Part shown: piece by piece, positions 10,594 to 24,014 of the stretch
Position numbering within the stretch: the first letter of the stretch is position 1
Layout: each line of letters begins with the position of its first letter
Assembly: GCF_006345805.1 (NCBI RefSeq)
Contig: NC_043000.1
Span: 7,192,001 to 7,256,000 of the forward strand
Direction of reading: 5' to 3'
Length of the DNA: 64,000 nt
Origin: Octopus sinensis
Lineage: Eukaryota
Notes under the pieces: model-generated
What the model was told of the DNA's origin: nothing
What the model saw: the letters and a program-made list of their open reading frames with translations, nothing else
The model's database searches: none
Translations under genes and position numbers: made by a program

Positions 10594-11847
10594 CTGAAAA
10601 CAAATCAAATATAGAAAGAACAATAAAGCAATTAACTGAATATATTCAAGATTGTAAAATGTGTTTTGTTTTTTTTTGTATTTAAAACACTAGAATTGCA
10701 CTAAGTTAAGAAGTATGCACTTAAATACATATGCCAATGTATATTCATATACAAATATATGTACATTTACATATAAGTATACAACCCATATTTTTTTTTA
10801 ATGATGGTAAGACAGTATATCCTTTAACAATAGTTTAATATTCATAATTTTCTAATGCTATTAATTTGGTGCATTTGAAGAACTTTCAGACTCTACTTCT
10901 AACATTAGGCTTCAAAACTTTCAATAATAATAATCCTGAGATATCTAAATTGTTTGGGCTACTGTTTCCTGACTAACATTTAATAGTACATATTTATATC
11001 TATCCACAACAATTATATTGTCTTCCTTACAAACACCAAATATCTCTTACATCGAATCACTTTGATAAGTTACTACTGCACATAGTGTCCAGTTTAGTTC
11101 ATTTATCACCATTAACTAAAGTGTTCCCATTGAACACACTGTATTTCACAGCAATGCATTATCAAAGCATATTTTACAATCTACCTTTTATATGCAAGTG
11201 AGTTCTTGTGATACTAACAAAGAACAAGGTTTCCCAATCCTTTCATCATCATCATCATCATCAATTTGCTGCCACTGGTCCCACTCACCAGTATTAATTA
11301 AATTACTTGGCCATAGGCATGACTGTGTGGTTCAGTTCACTTCCCAGCCAAATGGCTTTGAATTCAGTCTCACTGCATAACTCAAGCCAGTATCTTCTAT
11401 AATAGCCCTAGGCCAACCAAAGCCATGTGAGTGGATTTGATAGATGGAAACTGAAAGAAGCCTGTCAAATATGAGTTGAATATCATCATTTAATTTCCAT
11501 GTTCCATGCTGGCATAGGTTGGATGGTTTGACAAGATCCAATAGATCTGAAGATTGTATAATGCTATGTCTGCTTTGGCATGGTTTCTACAGTTTGAGGC
11601 CCTTCCTAAAATCAGCCATTTTACAGTGTGAGTGAACTGGGTGCTTTTTTCATTGTATGTGTAGAAGTGTTAGTGTCTCCTTATCTTGACATTGCATGAT
11701 AGTTGTAAGAAGGTGTTATTCTTTTCCAGTATTCCATGAAAAAAGATGAGCATTTGGTTATAGAAAATTTTCCACTGCAAATTCCATCCAACCAATGCAA
11801 GCATGGAAAAGCAGGCACTAAAACACTGATGATATATCATCAAACTT

Positions 11848-12230
11848 GGTGTGATAAGTAGCTTGCTTACCAACCACATGGTTCCGGGTTCAGTCCCACT
11901 GCATGGCACCTTAGGCAAGTGTCTTCTACTATAGCCTTGGACCAACCAAAGCCTTGTGAGTGGATTTGGTAGACGGATACTGAAAGAAGCCTGTGGTGTA
12001 TATATATATATATGTGTATGTGTGTGAGTGTATACGTTTGTGTGTGTGTTTGTCCCCCCAACATCGCTTGACAACCAATGCTGGTGTGTTTACGTCCCTG
12101 TAACTTAGCTGTTTGGCAAAAGAGACCGATAGAATAAGTACTAGGCTTACAAAGAATAAGTCCCGGAGTCAATTTGCTTGACTAAAGGTGGTGCTCCAGC
12201 ATGGCCACAGTCAACTGACTGAAACAATTA
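11848..12230 (+). mobile_element. SINE family A
   Basis: Near-identical to 12872-13282. Confidence 0.88.
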
Positions 12231-12871
12231 AAAAAAACCCAAAAAAAACCAACCAGTAAAGAAAATCTAAATCCATGCTTCAGTTAATTAACTCCCTTAA
12301 AATTAACCTAATAACAAAAGCAGTTTTTTGCTATCATCAACAAACGGTCCTCTGGTGTTCTTGTTCTTGTAATTCAATATTTGAATCACAGTTGTAGCAT
12401 CTCATTTGAAACTTTAATCATTATTCTTTAGTTTTGTTCGATGAATCTCTCATAACATTTTGTCAAATAACTGTGTGGTTGAGAAACTTGCTTCCCAACC
12501 ATGTGGTCTTGGATTCAGTCCCACTGTGTAGCACCTTGGGCAAGTCTTTTCTAATGTAGCCCCAGACCAACCAAAGCCTTGAGTGGATTTGGTAGACGGA
12601 AAATGAAAGAAGCCAATTGTATAATATGTATATATGTGTGTGTTTTGTGTGTATCCTTGTCAAGATAATCATGTGATGGTTGTGAATAAGTGCCACTGCT
12701 ATACAAGCGAGGTGGTTCATTTCCAGTCTTCTGTGGAAAACATATCCAGCTGTAAGAAAATATTACCCTTGCTAGGAATCGGATAAGGGAGGGTGACAGA
12801 AAGGGTGTCCAGCTGGCGAAAATCTGCCTCAAAAATCCCATCTGACCATTGCAAGCAAAGAAAAGTTGACC

Positions 12872-13282
12872 AGGAGTGGCTGTGTGGTAAGTAGCTTGCT
12901 TACCAACCACATGGTTTCGGGTTCAGTCCCACTGCATGGCACCTTGGGCAAGTCTTCTACTATAGCCTCGGGCTGACCAAAGCCTTGTGAGTGGATTTGG
13001 TAGACGGAAACTGAAACAAGCCCATCGTATATATGTATACATATATATATGTATATATATATGTATGTGTGTATATGTTTATGTGTCTGTTTTTGTCCCC
13101 ACAACATCGCTTGACAACCGATGGGGATGTGTTTACGTCTCCGTAACTTAGTGGTTCGGCAAAAGAGACCGATAGAATAAGTAGTAGGCTTACAAAGAAT
13201 AAGTCCTGGGGTCGATTTGCTCGACTAAAGGCGGTGCTCCAGCATGACCGTAGTCAAATGACTGAAACAAGTAAAAGAGTAT
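12872..13282 (+). mobile_element. tRNA-derived SINE, family A, full length
   Basis: Head aggagtggctgtgtggtaag...ggttcagtcccactg (A/B-box like), central TA/TG microsatellite, tail gactgaaacaagtaaaagagta. Confidence 0.9.
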
Positions 13283-13341
13283 TAAATGATGATGGTGGTG
13301 GTGGTGGTGGTGAATGGTGAAGATAAAATTTTCAGACTTAC

Positions 13342-13420
13342 CATTACTTCATGTGTGGTTTTATCTGGTAAAGTAAGTAATCTTTTCGAAAGAACTTCAT
13401 AGTCAGTCTTTAATTTATTC
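13342..13420 (-). CDS. uri1: URI1 coding exon 2: (W)NKLKTDYEVLSKRLLTLPDKTTHEVM
   Basis: tccag acceptor and ATG|GTAAGT donor, 79 nt, phase 2 to 0. Matches the URI motif DYNAL.ERL.TLPDKLSY.IM. Confidence 0.93.
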
Positions 13421-13914
13421 CTGGATACATAAGCGAAAACAGTAACAAGAAAACAGTAAATTACTTCAACACAATAAAAATAACTGAATATTAACATACA
13501 AGTGAGTATATGCATGTATATTCATAAAATTGGACATAAATTGTTTGTTCCTAATAACGATTTCTTCTGTGGTTATAAAGTCTGATTATTTTAAGAAAAG
13601 ATGAATGAAAGTTAAAACAGTCAAGACTTTACCAAAAATATTAGTAATGTAAGTGAAGTGGCTAGAAATGGGAATCAAAACAGCTGTGGCTCAAAAGTGG
13701 ACCTTTTCTTGGATTGTTGGAAGTAGTAATGATAGAAATAGAGAAGAAAAATTAAGGTGTAGAAGATGGGCATGGGGGTTTGGAAAGATAAAAATTTGTG
13801 TGGGAGAGCCACGGGTCAAGCAAGTTAATAGGCACTAAAAAAAACCATTGTGAAAATGGTAAATGAGAACAAAAAGAAGACATAACTTATCAATAGTTTA
13901 GCACAACCTTGTCA

Positions 13915-14320
13915 TCATCATCACTATTTCATGTCCATCTTCCATGCTGGCATGGGTTGGACGGTGTGATAGAAGCTGACAAGCTGGAGAGCCACTTCAG
14001 GTTCCAATTGTCTGATTTGGCATGGCTTCTATGACTGGATGCCCTTCCTAACTTTACAGTGTGTATTGGGTGCTTTTTACATGGCACCGGCACAAGTGCT
14101 CCTTATATGGCGCCAGCACGGGTGCTTCTTATGTGGCACCAGCACAGGTGCTTATTATGCGGTGCCAGCACGGGTGCTTCTTATGTGGAATCAGCATGGG
14201 GGCTATTTATGTGGCGCCAACATAGGTGCTTTTGATATGGCACCAGCACGGGTGCTTTTTATGCGGCACCAGCATGATGTGGCACCAGCACGGGTGCTCT
14301 TTATGTGGAACCAGCACAGT
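13915..14320 (-). mobile_element. RTE-tail element with about 10 tandem 26-bp core-motif units
   Basis: (GAT)n tail at 13915, tail homology, then a repeated gtggcaccagcacgggtgctttttat-like unit at 14066-14317. Confidence 0.8.
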
Positions 14321-14439
14321 ATTTAGTCATGCCTTTATCCTTTTTCTTCAATTTGTTTCAGTCACTGAACAGCAGTTATGTTGGGACAATACTTTGAAGA
14401 ATTTTAATCAAATAGAACAACCCCAGTACTTCTTTTTAA

Positions 14440-14543
14440 GTCTGGTACTTATTCTACCAGTTTCTTTTGTTGAATGCCAAGTTATGAGGACATAAACAAA
14501 CCAGCACCGGTTATCAAATGCCAGTGAGGACACAAACACAAAA

Positions 14544-14574
<31 letters not shown>

Positions 14575-14700
14575 ACAGGCTTCCACTCAGATCCTGTCAA
14601 CCAAATTCACTCATAAGGCATTGATCAGCCTGAGGTTATAGTAGGAAACACTTGGCCAGGTGCTGTGCAGTGGGAGTGAACCCGATCCCATGTGGCTTCA
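14440..14700 (-). mobile_element. SINE family A (degenerate)
   Basis: Reverse-complement homology including a (CA)n tract. Confidence 0.75.
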
Positions 14701-16893
14701 AGATCTGACCCAATAATAGTGGACTGATTTCATCCCTTTGGAGTCAAGAAAATGATTATCAGTAACATATTGGGTAAAATTCAGTTAAGTATGCTCTCTC
14801 TCTCTTTCTTAATAAACATAAGCGTTATGCATTTGAAAGAATAGTTTATAATAGAGGTAAGTGCAATATTCTATCAACTTCAAAGCGATTTTACCTCATA
14901 AAACATCCAAGCCCTGTAAAGGCAAATAACTGGAATAAACACTGATCAACCTACTAAGCTCATTTTTTTTTATATACACCTTTCACGGTGTTTGCATTAC
15001 AGATATGAATACCAAAACCTTGTGAATGGTAATAACAATTTTAGCTTTCAGTACTCCTACATTTTAGTAAATACATTATTTTACTACACTAATGTTGTTG
15101 TCCTTTAGCCTCAGGCAACAGACCAGAACTATGAACAAAGGAATTCCAGTCATGACCATCCAGTAATTTTTTCAAATGTATCTTGGACAATAATATCCAT
15201 AGTTTCTTTCCTTTTTTTAAGGGTGTGATTTTAGGGAAACATGGCTGCTGTTTCTAGCAGGTTGGGTGACAGCAGAGAGGGATAAGATAGTGTACACTGA
15301 GGTAAGAAGAAAGATTAAATGAATCTCTTTTGGTTTTAACAATGAGAATTCAGCTGTCTGAATTACATGATCATTGGATTGACGTGTAATACACCCTCAA
15401 CCCTCTCACTACAATATTCCAGTTAAACCCATTTTCACCCATCAACCCTTTTTCACTAAAAGTGAAGTAATGGTAAAATACACCTGAATAAAATGCCACA
15501 CAGTGAGATAGAACCAGTAACCTTTTGATTGCAAAGTGAACTTCTTAATCATTCAACCCTGCTATGACCATTAGTGGTGTAGACATTAAAGGATTGTGGA
15601 AGTTTCCTCATAGGCTACAGCAGTGATGCACATTCTTTTTCAGAATGGGGTCCATAAAATTCGGGAGGAAAATTTCATTGAACACTAAATATAAATTTAT
15701 ATTTTATTGCCTTACACAAGACAGTAGTTCATAAAACTGTAAATCAAAGTGTTGATGGTTTGTCTAGATTACATTGTGTACCATTTGTCTACATGAAGGT
15801 GTGTGCACCACAACTAACTTTTTATCAAAACCATATTATCAGGATTATCTCCGGGTGAGAGAGCTGATTAGCAGGCTGGGTTGACTTGACATGCAAAAAT
15901 ACCACCTTTCAGAGTGAAATTTGAATACATAGTACCATTTGAACATTTGGAGAGTATAAATTAGGGGTGAGAGATTTGTATGTTGAAGAACAAGACAAGT
16001 GGCTTATATGGTAATAAGAAGAGATGTGTGGGTTTAAGTTGAATTCTAAGTCCACAGAACCAATATTGGTTGACTAAAAATAAAGAAAATGTATATACAA
16101 ATGTACTGGGAGTAGAACTGATTAATTATATCTGTCCCTCACAAACGTTCTACAGGTTAGATATCATAGGGAAAGAAATGAAGCTAGTACTGTGAGTCAA
16201 TGAATATTTTGCATTACTGCCTCTGCTTCAAGAAGTGAATTATACCATTCCAAAACACATGCTGGTAGTTAGGTAGAAAGTGGTATTAAGAACAGGTTTT
16301 CAACATCATTACATTGTAAATATAATCACCATTCTGGGAGTGCTTGTAAAGGTTTTAGACAAAGAGGATTCCTATGACTAAGGATTTTTTAATATGTTAC
16401 TCAAAGGAAGAATACCAGTATTTACAACATTTTCAGGATCTCTACTGGAGTTAATTGACATAACTAATGCCCAACCTGAACATCTGTAGGCAAAAATCTG
16501 ATGCAAATAACTTGCAACAGAGTGAATTCCAGTAAAGAAACCCTAGGACTAGATGGTAACATTAAACTAGGTTGCATGTTAGGCATAGTACCTTGATGTT
16601 AAACTTTATCACAGTAACACCATGATCCTTTAACGTCTGTTTTCCATGCTGGTATGGGTTAGACGATTTGACTGGAGCAGGTAAGCTGCACCAGGCTCCA
16701 GTCATCTGTATTGGCTAGGTTTCTATGGCTGGATGTCCTTCTTAATGCCAACCACTCTAAAGAGTGCATTGAGTGTCTTTCATGTGACACCGACACGGGT
16801 GCCTTTTTACATGTCACCAGCATTGGCCATGACCACTTAGCTTGATGTGTCTTCTCAAGCACAGCAAACTGCCAGAAGTCTCATATAAATAAG

Positions 16894-17125
16894 AAGGCAG
16901 CGAGCTGGCAGAAATGTTAGCACATCAGGCAAAATGCTTTGTGGTATTTCGTCTGCTGCTGTGTTCCGAGTTCAAATTCCGCCGAGGTCGACTTTGCCTT
17001 TCATCCTTTCGGGGTCGATAATACCAGTTACGACCTGGGGTCGACGTAATTGATTTAATCCGTTTCTCTGTCCTTGTTGTCCCTCTCTATGTTTAGCCCC
17101 TTGTGGACAATAAAGAAATAAGAAG
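16894..17125 (+). mobile_element. tRNA-derived SINE, family B, full length
   Basis: aaggcagcgagctggcagaaatgttagc...gagttcaaattccgccgaggtcgactttgcctttcatcc...aataaagaaataagaa. Confidence 0.88.
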
Positions 17126-17133
17126 CTACCTAC

Positions 17134-17213
17134 CATTTATGCATTTGATCATTGGACACTTTAATAGCCTGATCTTGCTCATCTTGCAATCTTTTCACAT
17201 GTTCCGTGTTCAT
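17134..17213 (-). CDS. uri1: URI1 (unconventional prefoldin RPB5 interactor), first coding exon: MNTEHVKRLQDEQDQAIKVSNDQMHK(W)
   Basis: ATG at 17213, donor TG|GTAGGT (phase 2), acceptor tttgcag at 17238-9 implying an upstream non-coding exon. Resembles the URI N-terminal RLREEQEK...IQHW segment and joins in frame to the next exon. Confidence 0.85.
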
Positions 17214-18869
17214 GTCTTGGCAGTAAATCTGAGTTAACTGCAAATGAGAAAATATAACACACATATGAACATAAGAATAAAGAGGATATATAAATGCAAA
17301 AATAACTTTACCTAAATACAATAATACAGTAATAATGACACACCCGTGCCAGTGACACATAGAAGACACCAACTACACTCTTGGAGTGGTTGGCATTAAG
17401 AAGGGCATCCAGCCATAGAAACCATGTCAAATCAGACTGGAACTTGGTATAGCTCTCTGGCTTACCAGTTCCAGTCAAACTGTCTAACCCATGCCAACAT
17501 TGAAAGCAGACACTAAATGATGATGATGATGGTACATATATCATCCTCATTTAACATCCATCCTCTATGCTTGTGTGGGTTGGATGTTGGATGTTTTGAC
17601 AGGTTCTAATTAGCTGGAGGACTGCATCATGCTTAAATGTTTACTTTGGCATAGTTTCTATGGATGGATGACCTTCCTAATGCAAACCAATGTACAGAGT
17701 GCACTGGATGCTTTTTTTTTTATGATACTATCAGCACTAGTGACATCAAAGCAACTTGCAAGAAGCACCCTCAACTGAACGAGGTTGTAGTAGATCAAGT
17801 TATAAATAGTAGTGTGTAGAATATAGGGTTAAGAATAAACCCTTGGACAAAAAAATTTGAAGGACTGCTTTGGTATGTTGGTAAAAGGATTGTTAGCAAT
17901 TTTGAAAGAGGATTAGTGTAAATTTTGTATATATCTATGCATAATTTGATGTACATTAATAAAGATAAGTTTAATACATTAAATTAACATGTAGCATCTT
18001 CATTAATGCTGCCACTGAATTTAGGACATTTATATTACTTATGAGATATTCTATATTTTTCAGCTAAAGTGTAGTTAGGACTCAACTAGCAATATATGTT
18101 TTATAGTGAAAATAAAATTTCCATTCAAATGGTAATTACTGGACAGCTTTCTGTTTGAGTCTAACCATTTAAGTCATAGTGGAAACACGACCTATGTCAC
18201 AAATAAACATATGAATATCGTATAAATTTTATAATTGAAAAATTAACTATATTTTGTGCATATAAACATACCAGCAGGGGTTTTCCCACTCTGGTATATA
18301 AGTATGTATATATAACTATTTTCAAGTTATACAAGGCAGTTAAACTTATGTACATTTATCATTAGTATTCGACTAACTGGAAAACAATCAATTAGTGGTT
18401 TCCAAGAAATATAGATATTGTGAAAGTATACTATCAAAATATCTCAGCAATTCCACGAAATTCTGACATAGTGAAAGTACCTTAGTTATTTGATGTTGTG
18501 ACACGACAAGAGTTGCCAGACGAATGCAATGAGTGTAGGGGATAGGAGGTGAAGGAAGAGAGGAAGCAGGGAAAGGGTGGGGGAGACAAGAGGTAGGAGT
18601 GAGGAAAGCGAGGTGGAAACACTTACAATAAGATCAGTAGATAATATAATTGAAAAATATATCAGGATTTAACTGAATAACCAAAATAAAACAAACCACT
18701 ATTTTTAATTTCACATTTATGCATAGAAGGCTTCAATGCAGTTGAATAGGAGACTTGAAGGGAAATAGCAATTCTTATAATCAGGATTTTGTTATGAGCC
18801 AATTGAAACACCCACTTAGTGACTGCTGCTGCTGGTAATTATAATTTCTAAATTAGCAACAAGGCCAGA

Positions 18870-19640
18870 AATTTGAGAAGTTAGTTGATAAATCATCTCA
18901 AGTAGTTGACTGGTACTTTATCAAAATAAAGAATGATGAAAGGTAAAGTTGACCTTTATAGCATTTGAACTCAGAATGCAAAGATCCATTAGTAAATGGC
19001 ACAAGGCATTCTGTCTGACACTTATAAGATTTTGCCATCTACCACCATAAATAATTATAATAATCCTCTCTACTCTAGGCACAAAGCCTGATATTTTGGG
19101 GGAGGGTAGAAGTCAATTACATTGACCCCAGTGTGTAACTGGTACTTATTTTATCGACCCTGAAAGAATGAAAGTTAAAGTCAATCTGAGCGGAATTTGA
19201 ACACAGAATGTAAGGATGGACAAAATACCGCTAAGCATTTCGACCAGTGTGCTAGCAATTCTGCCAGCTTGCTACCTTGATTTTAAATTCTTGCACAAGG
19301 CCAGCAATTTCGAGGGAAAGAGTAAGTACATTAACCCCAGTGATTAACTAATAGTTATTTTATCAACCCCTAATGATGAAAAGTCGACTTTGATGGAATC
19401 TGAACTCAGAATGTAAAGATAGATGAAATACCACTAAGCAGTTTACCTGGTACAATCCTTTCTGCTATAGGCACAAGGCCTGGAATTTTGTGGAAGGGAG
19501 CTTGTCAATTACATCAACCCCAAAAAGACAAAAGGCAAAGTTGACCTCAGCAAAATTTAAACTCAAAACATAAAAACAAATGAAATGCCACAAAGCATTT
19601 TGCCTGGCATGTTAAATTCTGCCAGCTCACCACCTTAGCA
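18870..19640 (-). mobile_element. Cluster of four tandem SINE family B copies
   Basis: Four successive reverse-complement copies, each containing tttgaactcagaa (or a variant) and aggcacaaggcc-like boundaries. Confidence 0.78.
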
Positions 19641-20149
19641 ATCAGATTTTCTTTTTTAGCTAATAAGAGGGGAATCTTCTGAGTACTGTTCATAGAAACA
19701 CCAACTAAACCATAGTTGCCCTGATCACTAGGACAAGTGATCTTGACACCCTCCTCTCTTAATATATAGGTGCATGCTTAAAGTAGGCCTGTTCACTAGG
19801 CCCATCACTGTCTGTCAAATTCACTCATCTTGCAACAAATTTGCTAGAAGGCAGCACTTCCATCACCATTATCACTTTCCTTTCCAAGTGGAATTTGATA
19901 ATGTCAATGAGGGCTTGGCCATAGAGAAAGCTTTCTGTCATCAGACCTTTCATGCTTAGTCTTCCACTTAGTGGATATTGACAAAATATAAAGCAACTGA
20001 CAAGTGAAACAATTCCTTTCCACAGAAAATGGGAGAGTGGGCACTCCAGTTGCATTTCACAATACTTTTTGTATTTTTTATATCTTCCAAGCTGATAAAA
20101 ATTTCTTCACTCATGTGGAGTGGCATGGTTGGTAAAACAACTAACACTA

Positions 20150-20257
20150 GTGATTATTATTATTCAAGTCACTGCCTGAAATCGAACTCGGAATTTTGAG
20201 GTTAGTAGCCCACGTTCTTAACCACTACACCATATGCAAGATTTGTTTCATTTTTTG
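20150..20257 (-). mobile_element. Short tRNA-like SINE with (AAT)n tail
   Basis: Reverse complement gcatatggtgtagtggttaagaacgtgggctactaacctcaaaattccgagttcgatttcaggcagtgacttgaataataataat. Confidence 0.7.
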
Positions 20258-22059
20258 TGTTGACATTGTATTGGTGGCAATGGAGGTGGAGATGACAGGT
20301 GAGTTGATTACAAAATAGATTTTATGTGTTTTGTTCTCTGGTCTCATTTCTGTTATTTCCATTTATCTTGTCATTGTTCTTGTTAGTTTTACTCATCGTG
20401 TGAGGTGTGGTGGTAGCGTTGCTTTCATGTGCTGTTCCATTTATGTTTTTGCTGTTGTTATTTATAGATCACATGCAAACTGTAGTGAAGGGAAACTATT
20501 TTCACAATGGTTCTTCCAAGAGCCACCTCCTACCTCAATTAGGGAAGCTGTATTGTTTTTGTTTATTCTTTCTTTTGTTTTAAAAATATATAATTTAAAA
20601 TTCCGAAATTCACACCCAACAGGGGAAGTATTTCACAAAGCCAACTAGCCTCAGATGGTGTTGGCTAACCTATTAACAAAATGATAAAACAAAAAATGCA
20701 AATTACTTTCTTTAGACCAACAAAAACCAACACTATCCCAGGAGCTTCGAACAAACACCTTTCTCTTGCAATAATAATAATCCTTTCTACTATAGGTACA
20801 AGCCCTGGACTTTTAGGGGAGGGGGCTAGTTGAATACATCGACTCCAGTACTCATACTTATTTTATCGACCCTGAATGTACTTATTTTATCGACCCTGAA
20901 TGAATGAAAGGCAAGGTCGACACCGGCGGAATTTGAACTCAGAACATAAAGACAGACGAAATACCGCTAAGCATCTAGATGACGGAAATTCCGGATATGT
21001 AAGAAACCACGTTTTGAAACATTTAAATTCAATAAGCATATAGATAGGTGTATAAAGAGATAGATAGATATGTCTTCCTGGGGCAAAAAACAACAGTAAC
21101 ACCGTCTTGTATAGGACCGTCAGAGTTAGTTGACATATATTTTATGAATAAACGGATAGGGATAAATAGACAGACAAATAAATAAATGGATGAAATGTTC
21201 AAAACATAAAATTGAGGAGGGGTGAAATTTGAGTCCCTTATTAAACTTTATAACATTATAAAATATTGTTTGTTTCTCATAAAACGGTGTATATTTAATA
21301 TACATTACATTATTTATGATTATTTAAGGCAAGCAAAAGTAAAACGCAAATTCTTTTAACTTTAATGTTTTTGTCTGTATTTAATTCTGATTTGCCTATG
21401 TTCGTCAATTCGTTATGGTCTCTTTAAAGTAAACAAAATCAAAAATTTGAATGGGGTGGGAAGAGAAATTAATTTTTTCTTTTTTGCATATTCGTAATCT
21501 CCGACATCTAAAACATAAGAAACAGAAAAAAGTTTTTCAAAAAATGTATTTTTCAAAGAGAGGTGCGAAACCGCGTTAGCCCTGCATCTAGCCTGGCGTC
21601 CTAACGATTCTGCCAGAACATTGCCCTAAAAAAGAAAATAAATAAATAAAAAAAGCTTCCCTTTCAAAAGTCCCAAGTTACTCAGGTGGTTGAAAAGAAC
21701 TGAGAATGTATATCATATGATACATTACTGGCAGGGAAAAAGGTCCCGTGTATCACATGTAAAAGAACGGTAAGGCAAAGGGTTAAACAACAGATAATGA
21801 ATAGAGGAAATGAAATTCAACGGAGCGTAAAATAAATCAGTACTTTTGACAACAATAACAATTCCGACACTACGTAACCAACTTCTTTCATCCTGGAACA
21901 GAATTAGTTTAGATAAACAGATGGAACTTGTTTTAACGTTTTCAAAAAAATATCATTTCGAAATTATCGGTGAAAAAAAATTCCTTAAAAAAATCCCAAA
22001 AGCATGTTTTAGAAAAAGTTTTTCTTTGGTACACAAATTTATAAAAATTCCACCCAAAA

Positions 22060-22485
22060 AGTAATGTGTATCGATACTGAAACTATTTACAAAATATATC
22101 TTTAGAACATTGAAAATGAGCAACGTACCCAAAAATGAGTTCTTGAATTGAATTAGCTAAAAAAGCATCGCCAACTTCCTTAAGAAACATCTTTTTTAAT
22201 CCAGAAAAACATTGGAAGCACATGTCAATTGATTTTATGCCATTAGAGTTACCCACCTTGTTTCCCCCTTTGAAAAAAATGCCCGATACCTAATAAAATT
22301 CAGTAAGAAAATCTAACGTAATTATAGGAAAAAATTATCTTAAGGATTAATTTTGTAACTCAATAAATTTTAGAAAATAGATTTTTATCAATATTTTGTA
22401 AATTTCGTTACAATTTGATGAATAGAAATATTTGACCGGCTACTTATTTCCGGTGTTAGTTTCATCATTTAGAAGCAAAAGGAAA
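22060..22485. promoter_or_regulatory. Probable bidirectional promoter shared by mrpl3 (+) and uri1 (-)
   Basis: Head-to-head gene arrangement. ETS/GABP-like ATTTCCGGT at 22446-54, palindrome GTATCGATAC (DRE-like) at 22068-77, and candidate minus-strand 5'UTR donor GG|GTACGT near 22128. Confidence 0.5.
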
Positions 22486-22568
22486 ATGGCATCGTCTTTA
22501 AAGCTGGCGGCTTCCCTCAGAACGGTTCTTTGGAATTCGACTGCAAACTCAGTGACTCAGATATCGAG
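22486..22568 (+). CDS. mrpl3: Mitochondrial ribosomal protein L3, exon 1 (presequence-like MASSLKLAASLRTVLWNSTANSVTQIS)
   Basis: aaaATGG start; Ser/Ala/Arg/Leu-rich N-terminus with no acidic residues. Ends at AG|GCAAGT (GC donor, phase 2), in frame with exon 2. Confidence 0.75.
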
Positions 22569-23622
22569 GCAAGTTGATTTTTAAAAAATTATATCGTCGA
22601 AGGGTTACTTTTATTTATACGATCTTTTAATCTTTAGGTATTTCTATCTTTGAATATAAATACAGTGTATGGGTTCTGTATTGACCTCTAACGTAAATTC
22701 GAAGTCATTGGTGCCAACAGCTGACTATTCTATCGATGTGTGTAGACCGTTATGCACGGATGTTGGTTTAAGCAAGTGTGTGTCTGTTGAATTTTCTCTA
22801 AAGTTTTTGTTGCTACTAAAAAAATTAAAATTGTTCGAAATTAAAGGTTAATTTTTAGCGGAATATCTACAGAAGTTTGCCTATCGAATTTGTTTCCTCA
22901 TAACTTTTTTTTAATGCATACTTTTGAAGAAATTTTTCCAGAAATACGTCTAAGACGGTGTAGATTATGGTAATATGGGGACAAGTTTGAGGGGAAAAGA
23001 TTTTTTATAGTGTCATTCACCACCAACATCAAATTATGTTGTTTGTCGTTGGACTCTTGCCATGCTGGGGCACCGCCTTGGAGGAATTTTAGTCGAACAA
23101 ATCGATTCCAGTATTTTTAAAGCATAGTAGTTATTCTATCGCTCGCCGTTTGTCGAAACACTAAGTTCCGGGGACGTAAACAAATGAATACCGGTTGTCA
23201 AGTGGTGCTCTCTCTCTCTCACTCAGAGTTTTGTCTGTAAACTGCTGGGAATAGCATCACTTTGGGTATGCGTTATCACACTGAGTGAAATGGTGAGAGA
23301 ATCTAATGAAGAACTTAATTAAACACTCACCTGAAGAGGCGCATTTTACACCTTGAATGTAAGTTAATGATTACACACCTTTGTACTAATGATGTAAGAA
23401 CGTGTTGAAACAGTTGCAGTTATCTTTAAAATAAACAATGTTTATTCTATCGTTTATCTATTAATCTATGAAATTCCCGATATATGTCCTATAGCAAGAG
23501 CGTTTCCACTGTATTATGACATCAGGTAACCAGTAACTGTGGACGAGCCTTGCATTGCATTCTACAGCGTTTTTACTCAAATTTTACTTTTAAATATATA
23601 TATATATTATATAATATATATA

Positions 23623-23679
<57 letters not shown>

Positions 23680-24014
23680 TATATATATATATCACAAATG
23701 AGACCTTGAATTTTGAAACAACAGAATACTGCTCCTTCATTGTACTATGCATTTACAAATAATCTAGACTGCATCTCCCTAAAAATCATCCAATGAATAA
23801 TCACATTAGGTTTTCACTTGGCCTCCATTTCTCAGATCTGCTTAGCATCTCATCTAATTATTGTAACATCTCACTTCATGCTTGCTCTGTTGATGGAAAG
23901 TCAAATGCTCCAGTATACCATATTTACATGCTCCACATTCAGTAAATCCTTGTCTTCCGAACAGATTTCTTGCTCAAGTTAGAAATTATTAAGTCTAATA
24001 TACAAAATATTTAT

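Noticed and set aside
19690-20055. ORFs 19774-19959 and 19825-20055
   Set aside because: No recognisable homology or consistent splice phases; probably decayed repeat.
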